Below, piece after piece: positions 19,332 through 27,803 of a DNA stretch of 32,000 nucleotides (positions are counted from its first letter, which is position 1; the number at the start of each line of letters is the position of its first letter). The translations under genes were made by a program, and so were the position numbers. The DNA lies in the NCBI GenBank assembly GCA_048886185.1, contig JBHLKY010000018.1, positions 51,251-83,250 on the forward strand. Reading direction: 5' to 3'. The notes beneath the pieces were generated by a model. That model saw nothing but the letters and a program-made list of their open reading frames with translations, searched no databases and had not been told where the DNA came from. The stretch is from Candidatus Hermodarchaeota archaeon. GTDB lineage: Archaea > Asgardarchaeota > Heimdallarchaeia > Hodarchaeales > Hodarchaeaceae.

Positions 19332-22300
19332 TTACTTTAGAAGATCACTAGTGCCATAAATTTTTTCATAAGCTAAGATAATTTTTGAGATTAATTTCCT
19401 GATATCAATAATCTTTACTATGATTGTACCTTTCTCTGAATTTTCATTATTCATGAGCTTGTGAACAACATCTACTTTTTCACGAATCTCGTCAAGAAAT
19501 TGAACAATTAATGGAAATACATCTTGATATATCAAAATATTTAATGTTAAGTCCTCTTTACCTCCCCTTGCTTGAGGCCGCTGTAGAGTAAAACCAAAAC
19601 AGAGGGATTTTAGAAGAAGGTTTTTTGATAATAGAAAGTCAAAATTTGAAGTCATTTCTCCCTCAAAGTCTTGAATATCACCTATTACACCAAAAGATCT
19701 GTCAGACAATTCGATTAATTTGGAAAGATTATCCTTTAATATTTCGGGGATTATGATAATTGGAATTGGGCCACGTCGCTGATCAAAAAAAGCTATAACT
19801 ACCCCGATTGTATGAATATCTAGAAATTCAAATGCTTCCGTTTCGCTAACTTCAGAGATTTGATTAAGTACTAATTCTTTATCCAAACCAATCAATTCTG
19901 GTTTCCTAAAGATCCTGAGGTAGATAAGTGATCCAAAAATCGTTGAGGCAATTGAGATCCCAAAAATCATCACAATAATTATCGGATCAAATAGCCTTGT
20001 CTCTTTTTCAAAATGAAATTCTTTTATTCTATCTGGATCATTAAGTATATTATAAGTAATCCCCGTATTTCCACTGCTATCAGTTGTTTCAATATAGAAT
20101 ATTATTGCTTTAGATGTATTATTATGCTCAAATGGAATAGTTACTGAATAACTATGAATATCATTAGTCATATTGACCGAGAGGAGTGACATCTTTGCAG
20201 CTTGCCAATTAGGATTGCCATTTTGCTGAAAACTAGCTTTAATACCTAATAATGTTATTTTAGTTTCTGTTATTTCTCTAAAATAATAGTAAAGAAATAC
20301 TTCTTCAATTTCAGATCCATAATCGATAATATTTGAAAGAAATGTTATATTAGTAGGATTAATGTAATCATTAAAGCCAATAGTTGGATTCCCTACAACA
20401 CGGGGCGGACTTTTGTCTTCTACATGAAATGAAAAGGTAAAATCAACATATATCATATATTCCTTATCGTTATAATCTAGAAAACAAGCCGCTTTTACTT
20501 TGGTTATGAGAGTTTTCCCTAGATAATTATCATAAAACTCGTTTAAGGGTAGATTATAATCTAAAATCCATATTGAATCGTTAATTGGACTTCTTTGAGC
20601 ATAATAAATTATTCCTGAGGAATCATTAATCAAGAATTCTACTGTAACAATTGGATTGAGACTGTAAGTAACCACTTGAAATTCATATCTTCCTTCATCA
20701 AGGTAAATACCATTATCATCGATTATTACAGGTTGCACATTGCAACTCAGAATGTATGGACGACTTTCGACATAAATCACTTTCAGATTCACACTTTTTC
20801 CTAGATCTGTGCCATCAAAAGGAGTTATTTTACATTTCCAGTACTCTCCTGGTGATGTTTCAGATGATGGTATGAATGTTTTATTTTGAGAAGCGAAAAC
20901 TTCCTCCCATTCACTAGTTTCTAATCGGCAGAACCATTGAATCTTTGATTGGTCAGTATCTATTGGTTGATCGCTATCCTCAAACTCATAAAAAAGTGAA
21001 ATAATTTCATCTTCAATAAAAAAAACTTGTCCCACCAACGTAGATCTTATTTCTGGGATAATATGACTACAACTTGAATTAAAGATATATGAATAATTGT
21101 ACACCCTAGGGGGAACATTAAGGATGAGGATAGCTCTTGAAGTTTGCTCAATTCCATAATTTAGTCCATCCTTTGGTTTAACTGTAACAAACCAACGATC
21201 ATTTTTTACCAAATAAGTGGCTGGTACTTGGTGAGAATCATTATGGAGGGGTTGTAAAACGTCGTTTTTATACCAGCGTATTTCAGTCCCTCCTTCACTA
21301 TCACCATCACGATCATAAAAACTATATTGGACATAAAGAGTATCATTACTACGAATAAGAGCTTCAAAACGATCTTTATTACTTGAAAGTTGTAGCTCTG
21401 TAATTTCAGGGTAATGATTTGGTACACTTGAAATTATTTCATTAGATGTTCCTATATTCTCTTCTGTATCATTAGCAATTATAACATAGTGAAAAATGCC
21501 TTGACTTATCATCAAAGCATTAGTCATATATCCATTACTGGAATTTTCCATCACACACCATAATTTATTTTGTGGAACACCAGCAGCAAAAGTAATATTG
21601 ACAATGACAGTATCTACTTCCCCCCAAGGGTCGCTTACATTTACTTTGAAGGTTCCGTTTTCCCCAAGTGTTGGATAATAGACTGGAGTACATATAACAG
21701 GAGTAATAAAGTCCTTGTCAAATGAATAATACTTGATATTTGAAGGAGAGTCAATATAATTCCCATTGGAATCTGAAGAATTTGTAATTTGAAATTGATA
21801 ACATCTCTTATACAAAACTAGGGTTTTGTATAACCAATATGATCCGTTATTCATCATTGAAAATTCTGTGCCATTAATTGAGATGTGTACTGTATCCACA
21901 CTAGATAAGACATCTCTAATATCAGCCCAAAATATGCCTGTACCATTCCCCAAATCATCTACTCCATGGTCAATAATTAATGGAGGATCTGTATCATATA
22001 TTTGGGTAAAATTAACTTCAGCCCAGACTTCAGAACACCAACATTCTCTATCTTGTTGTGGTAACGCTCGTAACATTACCCCTATCTCCATTGTATTCAC
22101 TTCATCCCACGTCCATTTTGATGAAGTATTGGGATTAGTCGGGTAATTCGTAGAATGATTATTCCAGTTGTCTGAAGGTTCATTCAACGATCCAAGGAAT
22201 TTTTTATCGTATGTACGTAATACTGTGCAGGCTCGAGCATTAGTAAATGATATACTAGTTCGAACGCGAATATTTAATGTTACAGAGTTGATAATACCTG

Positions 22301-22733
22301 AAATACCAGTAATATTTTGAGATTGATATGTATCTGTGTACGAAGTGGCTGTAGAATAATCCTCAATAATAAAAGAACTGTCATTATTATCTGAGACAAC
22401 TTGCCAATGAATAACTCCTAAAGGAATTTCAGAAGGAATTTCTGTTATAGTGCCATTACTAATAGGTTTTAATACTGTTAAATTGAAGTTACTAGCTAAT
22501 TTATAACTAGGTTTCTTTCTAGCGGACGAATTTAGACAATTATTTCTCAATTTGGGTATAAATTGATAAAATTCTTGTTTATATCCATTCAAAATAGCTT
22601 TACAGCAATTATATCCAGAATTGACATTCAAAGATTCAAATGTTTCAGTGCAAAGTGGAAAGAAGAAGAATGTTATGTTTGTCATAGTACCAATAATTAG
22701 AAGAGATATGACAATTTTTTTGAGATCCTCCAC
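19332..22733 (-). CDS. large single-pass cell-surface protein: signal, Ig-like repeats, TM helix, cytoplasmic longin/uDENN-like domain
   Basis: GTG start with GGAG upstream and hydrophobic N-terminus. Repeated D.xPP-started beta modules and two D.DGD.E...I.W...V.P.DG repeats (aa 440-656). TM at aa 918-940. Cytoplasmic tail contains FDQRRGP and QARGGKE. Confidence 0.8.
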   Translation of the reverse strand: MEDLKKIVISLLIIGTMTNITFFFFPLCTETFESLNVNSGYNCCKAILNGYKQEFYQFIPKLRNNCLNSSARKKPSYKLASNFNLTVLKPISNGTITEIPSEIPLGVIHWQVVSDNNDSSFIIEDYSTATSYTDTYQSQNITGISGIINSVTLNIRVRTSISFTNARACTVLRTYDKKFLGSLNEPSDNWNNHSTNYPTNPNTSSKWTWDEVNTMEIGVMLRALPQQDRECWCSEVWAEVNFTQIYDTDPPLIIDHGVDDLGNGTGIFWADIRDVLSSVDTVHISINGTEFSMMNNGSYWLYKTLVLYKRCYQFQITNSSDSNGNYIDSPSNIKYYSFDKDFITPVICTPVYYPTLGENGTFKVNVSDPWGEVDTVIVNITFAAGVPQNKLWCVMENSSNGYMTNALMISQGIFHYVIIANDTEENIGTSNEIISSVPNHYPEITELQLSSNKDRFEALIRSNDTLYVQYSFYDRDGDSEGGTEIRWYKNDVLQPLHNDSHQVPATYLVKNDRWFVTVKPKDGLNYGIEQTSRAILILNVPPRVYNYSYIFNSSCSHIIPEIRSTLVGQVFFIEDEIISLFYEFEDSDQPIDTDQSKIQWFCRLETSEWEEVFASQNKTFIPSSETSPGEYWKCKITPFDGTDLGKSVNLKVIYVESRPYILSCNVQPVIIDDNGIYLDEGRYEFQVVTYSLNPIVTVEFLINDSSGIIYYAQRSPINDSIWILDYNLPLNEFYDNYLGKTLITKVKAACFLDYNDKEYMIYVDFTFSFHVEDKSPPRVVGNPTIGFNDYINPTNITFLSNIIDYGSEIEEVFLYYYFREITETKITLLGIKASFQQNGNPNWQAAKMSLLSVNMTNDIHSYSVTIPFEHNNTSKAIIFYIETTDSSGNTGITYNILNDPDRIKEFHFEKETRLFDPIIIVMIFGISIASTIFGSLIYLRIFRKPELIGLDKELVLNQISEVSETEAFEFLDIHTIGVVIAFFDQRRGPIPIIIIPEILKDNLSKLIELSDRSFGVIGDIQDFEGEMTSNFDFLLSKNLLLKSLCFGFTLQRPQARGGKEDLTLNILIYQDVFPLIVQFLDEIREKVDVVHKLMNNENSEKGTIIVKIIDIRKLISKIILAYEKIYGTSDLLK

Positions 22734-23032
22734 TTATTAAGACTCCAACTTCTCTCATTTTAAGAATGAATTTTTCTGACCTTATTATCAATCACACAAT
22801 TGATATAATACTCAGATATTCAAAAGTGAAATAAAAAGACAGGAAGTGTCACTTTATGTGAGAGATTTTTTATTATAAAAGATAATATATTAAAGCACAT
22901 TAGTATCATAAAATAATAATGTATGTTAGTAATAATTTAATTTAAATATAAACTAGACTGGTTTGATAAAATATCTATTTTCTTATCCATCAATCTTAGG
23001 TTAATGATCCATAATGTCTCAGAAAATATCTA

Positions 23033-23671
23033 ATGAATTATTTAGATAACTTCAAAAGTTTAAGTAAGAAGAAAAAATTGAGTAAGATGGGTATCATTGA
23101 AGAACCAAGAACTTTTTTGTATTACCAAAATCAATTTCCTGATCGCGAACCCCTTATAATGTTTGGGGGATGTATTTTTCAAAATAATGCTGATTCAACC
23201 AGTGAGGCAATTCATGACTTAAAAAAACTTTTCAAAAGCCTACTAGATTCTATAGAACAAGCCTATTTAATTCGTTTCAAGATATCCGAGGTATTAAGGG
23301 GAATAACAGGTGAACTGAATACTGAACTCACAGATCTTCAACAAAGACATCTGGAACATGCCCAAGATTATCACACTCATTTTGGGAAAAACCGTCAGCT
23401 TCGATTACTCATGATGCGGCAATTATATAAATTGGGACTTAGAAATGCTGTATGGTTTACTTCTAATAAGATCCCTCCTTTCCAGCTTTTCTTCTTGCAC
23501 TGGTTAGAAACTATTTTAAATGAATTTTTCTTGGCAGATCTATTAAACAGTCTTGCTCTTAATTTAATACCTAGATTAGGATTAAGTGCTCAAGCTCATA
23601 CGCTTTTAACAAAGTTATCAGCTGAGCTTTCGATCTACGTTCGTGACACTCAAATTCGATATACCATTTGA
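23033..23671 (+). CDS. hypothetical helical protein
   Basis: 212-aa ORF filling the space between two minus-strand genes. Leu-rich and helical; no recognised motif; start uncertain. Confidence 0.5.
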   Translation: MNYLDNFKSLSKKKKLSKMGIIEEPRTFLYYQNQFPDREPLIMFGGCIFQNNADSTSEAIHDLKKLFKSLLDSIEQAYLIRFKISEVLRGITGELNTELTDLQQRHLEHAQDYHTHFGKNRQLRLLMMRQLYKLGLRNAVWFTSNKIPPFQLFFLHWLETILNEFFLADLLNSLALNLIPRLGLSAQAHTLLTKLSAELSIYVRDTQIRYTI

Positions 23672-23850
23672 CCTTATGATTATTGGATTAAGATAAAACT
23701 CATTCAAGTAACAACGAATTTATATGCTTTCATTCGGTTCTTGTTTTGTAATAATACTATCTATTCCTTCAAGACACCAAGAGTTTTCTAATTACAAGGT
23801 AGATTTTAAACCAAATTCAAGTTTTCCATGCATCTTCAATCGATGGAATT

Positions 23851-24549
23851 TTATAGTTTTACCTTCTTCAGATCATTAGAGGTGCCTTTATGTATTGATT
23901 CAAGCTTTTTATTAGTTTCTAAGAGGATTTGTATACTCTTTTCAATTTTTTTAAGCCTATTCTCAACTTCTTTAAATTTCGATTCAAACTTCTTAGCCTG
24001 AGATTCAGATTTTTTTTGATAAGAATTTACTTTCATGAAGTGAGATTCTACTTGCTTGAATTGTTTATTAATATCATCAACCTTAACAGTTATTCCGGAG
24101 TCATCTTTTGAGACTGGAATAGTAAGCTTGGGAGGAGCTGGTGGAGGAACTTCTAGCGATTCCTGTTCGATAATAGGAGGAGGAGGAGGTTGAGATGATG
24201 CTTTTAGGGGGGAATATTCAGAAGGTAATGGTTTGGGAGTTGTAATTGGCGGGATAGAATAGGATGGACTGGGTGGGGGAGGTGTTACTGGAGGAGGTGG
24301 AGTATGGGGACTTTGTGTATGGATAGAAGGAGATTTTGGAGGAGAGTCGGAAGGGGGAAAAGGAGGAACAGATGAACGTTCAGGTGCCCTTATTGGGGGG
24401 GGAGGTTCCTTAAAAGATTCTTGAAGATCTAATGGAATAATTGGTTTTATTTCATCAGCTTCACGATCTGTAAGTGCTTCTTCAGCCCCACAATGAGGGC
24501 ATGGAAAACTCATTACATAATTCCTACATTTTTTGCAAACTGGACTCAT
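23851..24549 (-). CDS. zinc-ribbon / polyproline / coiled-coil protein
   Basis: CKKC...CPHC at aa 5-20; 39 Pro in aa 49-145; unbroken heptad repeat at aa 157-220. Confidence 0.8.
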   Translation of the reverse strand: MSPVCKKCRNYVMSFPCPHCGAEEALTDREADEIKPIIPLDLQESFKEPPPPIRAPERSSVPPFPPSDSPPKSPSIHTQSPHTPPPPVTPPPPSPSYSIPPITTPKPLPSEYSPLKASSQPPPPPIIEQESLEVPPPAPPKLTIPVSKDDSGITVKVDDINKQFKQVESHFMKVNSYQKKSESQAKKFESKFKEVENRLKKIEKSIQILLETNKKLESIHKGTSNDLKKVKL

Positions 24550-24575
24550 AATGAGTCAACTCAATTTCTGAATTC

Positions 24576-24764
24576 TTAATTCAAATTTTCTTGATTTATT
24601 ATATATGCTAGCTTTTTCACTTGGGAAAAACAATTGAATTTTGCTTTAAGTTTTCTAGCGATTTTGTCGGTTTTAATTAGTTCCCTGACAATCTTCATGC
24701 TTTTGTTATCTGGGTTAATCTTTTCAATGAATGTTACAGTTGTTAAGGTATTTAAATTTTTCAA
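24576..24764 (-). CDS. possible small basic protein
   Basis: 62 aa, TTG start after AGAGAA, co-oriented 26 nt upstream of the zinc-ribbon gene. No motif recognised. Confidence 0.3.
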   Translation of the reverse strand: MKNLNTLTTVTFIEKINPDNKSMKIVRELIKTDKIARKLKAKFNCFSQVKKLAYIINQENLN

Positions 24765-25125
24765 TTCTCTCTAAATTGAGTACAAGGAGGGGATCCTTTT
24801 TTCGTTCATAAATTCCATCATTCATGTAGACTTATTATGATGATCATTCAAAGATTAAACTCTTTTCCTCTATTTTTCATATATAAATTGGATTTATAAC
24901 CTTTGGTTTCTCTTTTACTGATTTCAAAGGCATTTGAAATGGTAATAAAATAGTATAAAGACAGTTAATAAAAAACTAGATATATTTTCATGTGATAATA
25001 ATAGCCTCAGCTCTACTTTCACTAACTTTTTAAAAACTAAACCAAACCTTAAAGTTTAGTATTGTACTAAGAATTCAACATCATTCCCTTGGTTAAGTAG
25101 GTAAAAAGAGTCCTAGGTCACAAAG

Positions 25126-25133
25126 TTTATAAG
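25126..25133 (+). promoter_or_regulatory. archaeal TATA box of the fakA-fakB-plsY operon (leaderless start likely)
   Basis: TTTATAAG preceded by purine-rich CAAAG, about 20-25 nt upstream of ATG 25152. Confidence 0.55.
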
Positions 25134-25151
25134 TATTGAATTGCGAAATTT

Positions 25152-26201
25152 ATGCAAGTAATACACGAAAAAAAAAATGAGTTGATTTTTGAGATGGTAT
25201 TTCAAGAATTCGCTCAAGAAATATATCCAGAAGTGATTACTGGAAAAGATCTTTATTATATGCTAAAACTAGCTTCCCAAAAGCTAGAAAAATATATTGA
25301 GATACTTAATGACATAAATGTATTTCCTGTACCAGATGGAGATACAGGAATTAACATGCACCAAACTTTTCAATCTATTATCAGGGAATTGAATAATTTA
25401 GAATTTTATGATCATTGTGGAAAAATTATTTGTTCTGCAGCAAAAGGAGCTTTTTTTGGCAGTATTGGTAACTCTGGTATAATTCTAGCTGAATATTTTC
25501 GTGGACTAGAACAAGAATGGAAAAATTCATGTACTATTGACGGAAAACTATTTTCTAGAGGCTTATTTGCAGCAGCAAAATATGCTTACCAAGCTGTTGA
25601 AAAACCTAGAGAGGGAACTATTCTTACAGTTGGAAGAATTATAGCAGAGACAGCAGATGAATGGATTAAGACAGTAACAAATCCTTTTGAATTATTGTTT
25701 ATTGTTTTTGAGGAAGCTAAAGCAGCTTTATTAAATACACATAGAATTTTACCGGAAGCAAATGTTGCAGGGGTTGTTGATGCTGGAGCAATTGGCCTAG
25801 TGCTAATGTTTGATGGATTTATCGAAGCTATGGTTAATAAATATCCATCTAGTGCTCTCCCATTATATACAATTGATGATGACCTAGCTCCTTTTTTGAA
25901 GCTAAAAATTGATTTCTCACTAATTAAGCATGAGTTTGAAGTAATCTTTAAAATCTCTGGTTTAAAGAAACCTATGGATAATCTTAAAGTTGAACTAAAA
26001 AAAGAAGGATCTTGTCTTCTAATTATTAGTAATGATTCAGTTTCTGAAATTAAAGTTCATATCCACTGTACAGATCCTGATAGAGTTATATCGAAAGTAA
26101 AAGATTTTGTAAGCCATATAGAAGTAGATTCAATTAAATCACTAAATGAACAAAATTACCAACTGTCAAAGCGTATCAAAATGAAAAATGGGAGTGAATG
26201 A
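25152..26201 (+). CDS. fakA: DAK2-domain fatty acid kinase catalytic subunit (FakA/YloV-like; N-terminal and middle domains only)
   Basis: LNDINVFPVPDGDTGINM, GNSGIIL, KPREGTILTV, GVVDAG, middle-domain IKVHIH. At 349 aa it lacks the C-terminal DegV-like domain of full-length FakA. Confidence 0.85.
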   Translation: MQVIHEKKNELIFEMVFQEFAQEIYPEVITGKDLYYMLKLASQKLEKYIEILNDINVFPVPDGDTGINMHQTFQSIIRELNNLEFYDHCGKIICSAAKGAFFGSIGNSGIILAEYFRGLEQEWKNSCTIDGKLFSRGLFAAAKYAYQAVEKPREGTILTVGRIIAETADEWIKTVTNPFELLFIVFEEAKAALLNTHRILPEANVAGVVDAGAIGLVLMFDGFIEAMVNKYPSSALPLYTIDDDLAPFLKLKIDFSLIKHEFEVIFKISGLKKPMDNLKVELKKEGSCLLIISNDSVSEIKVHIHCTDPDRVISKVKDFVSHIEVDSIKSLNEQNYQLSKRIKMKNGSE

Positions 26202-27094
26202 ACACGAAAATAGGCGTTGTAACTGACAGTATGTGTGATTTACCATCAAGCACTTCTGAAAAATATGGAATTATAGTTGTCCCAGGTATTGTATATGTTA
26301 ATGGAAATCCCTTCCATAGTGGTGTGGATATTCATCCTGAAGATATCCAAACCATAATAGAAGACAAAGAGAAAAAAATTCAAACAGGAGCACCATCTCC
26401 TGCTGCTTATTATATGGCCTACGAGAATCTATATGATAAGGTAGATATTATATTAAGTTTACATTGCCCTATCAAACATTCAGGAGTGTTGAACGCAGCC
26501 AAAGCAGGTGCAAGACGTTTAGAAGACTCATCTCGGGTTGTTCACTTTGAGTGTGGAGTCGCGACTATTGGTTTAGGAATTACAGCTGTAGCAACAGCAA
26601 TCAAATCACAACAAATCGAAACTAAACAGGAATTAATACGTCTAGTTCAAGAGTATTGTACAAAGATCCAGATAATAGGAACCCTAGAGTCCTTTAAATA
26701 TCTTCAAAGAAGTGGTAGATTAGGCCTAAAAGTTGCGGGTTGGATTGCTAGTACTTTATCTATAAAACCTGTTCTTTTGATGAGAAATTCTGATATATTT
26801 CTGTTAAAAAAACCCCGAGATAGAAAGGTGGCTCTTAATCAGCTTATTTATAATCTATCTAAGAAGATCGATAAAGAAATTAATCCAAAAATTATTGGAA
26901 TTAGTCACTTCGGATGTGAGGGAGAATTAAATGAAATAGAAAAGAAAATAAAAGGAATACTGCCAAATCATATGATTATTAGAGGTTATGCAGATCCAAT
27001 GGTTGCTGCTAATACTGGACCAGGATTAGTATTAATAGCCTACTTCGCTAATTTTATGGATAATTTAGATAATGGAATAAAAATAAATGCTTGA
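26198..27094 (+). CDS. fakB: DegV family fatty acid-binding protein (FakB-like)
   Basis: VVTDSMCDLP, QTGAPSP, HSG, YLQRSGRL, LSIKPVL, NTGPG. ATGA overlap with the fakA stop. Confidence 0.9.
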   Translation: MNTKIGVVTDSMCDLPSSTSEKYGIIVVPGIVYVNGNPFHSGVDIHPEDIQTIIEDKEKKIQTGAPSPAAYYMAYENLYDKVDIILSLHCPIKHSGVLNAAKAGARRLEDSSRVVHFECGVATIGLGITAVATAIKSQQIETKQELIRLVQEYCTKIQIIGTLESFKYLQRSGRLGLKVAGWIASTLSIKPVLLMRNSDIFLLKKPRDRKVALNQLIYNLSKKIDKEINPKIIGISHFGCEGELNEIEKKIKGILPNHMIIRGYADPMVAANTGPGLVLIAYFANFMDNLDNGIKINA

Positions 27095-27752
27095 AATCAT
27101 ATTTTCAGGAATATTTGGCTACTTAACAGGATCAATTTTCATTTCTTATTATTGGGGAAAAATAAATGGTATTGATTTAACAAAAGAGGGGACAGGGCAA
27201 TTAGGCGCATCGAATACAGGTCGAAACTTGGGATGGCCTGCTATGGTAGTAGTTGGGTTATTTGATATATTAAAAGCCACAATTACTCTTACAATCTTGC
27301 ATTTCTTTTTCAATCATATGGTTCCTTCTCCCCATTATGAAGTTTTATTAATAACTGGCAGTTTAGGGATTGTTTTAGGCCATATAAAATCCTTATGGAT
27401 TTGGTTAGAAAAACATGATTGGTATGGAGGAAAAGGAGGTGCACCCTTTGGAGGAATTCTTTTGTTTCTATCATTGGAAAGCTTCATTATTTTATATGTT
27501 GTATTAATGGTTTTTCTGCAACTACTAAAGCTGTTTATATTGAAAGGAGGATCATATGATAACTTCTCAACAAATGTTATTGTTGTTTTATTGTCTCCTT
27601 TTGTCATTCTTTGGTTTACAGGAAAAATTTTATACTTCATTTTAGTACTCCTAATAATTGGTACAATCATTTTCTTTGAAAGGGAGAAAATCGCTAGTGT
27701 ACTCACGATTACATTATTAAAGGGATCTAGAGAAGCAATAGACGAATCATAA
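27087..27752 (+). CDS. plsY: PlsY-family acyl-phosphate:glycerol-phosphate acyltransferase (divergent)
   Basis: GYLTGSI, GTGQLGASNTGR (motif 1), DILK, LGH...GGKG (motif 2), multiple TM helices. Overlaps fakB by 8 nt. Motif 3 is divergent. Confidence 0.85.
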   Translation: MLEIIFSGIFGYLTGSIFISYYWGKINGIDLTKEGTGQLGASNTGRNLGWPAMVVVGLFDILKATITLTILHFFFNHMVPSPHYEVLLITGSLGIVLGHIKSLWIWLEKHDWYGGKGGAPFGGILLFLSLESFIILYVVLMVFLQLLKLFILKGGSYDNFSTNVIVVLLSPFVILWFTGKILYFILVLLIIGTIIFFEREKIASVLTITLLKGSREAIDES

Positions 27753-27803
27753 TAAGCTGAACGTATCTAAAAATTTTTTAAGAAAATTCCCCTTTGTAAG
27801 AAT

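Noticed and set aside
25152-26201. Annotation as dihydroxyacetone kinase DhaL
   Set aside because: It has the NVFPVPDGDTG motif and HxH middle domain of FakA/YloV and is coupled to DegV and PlsY; no DhaK is present.
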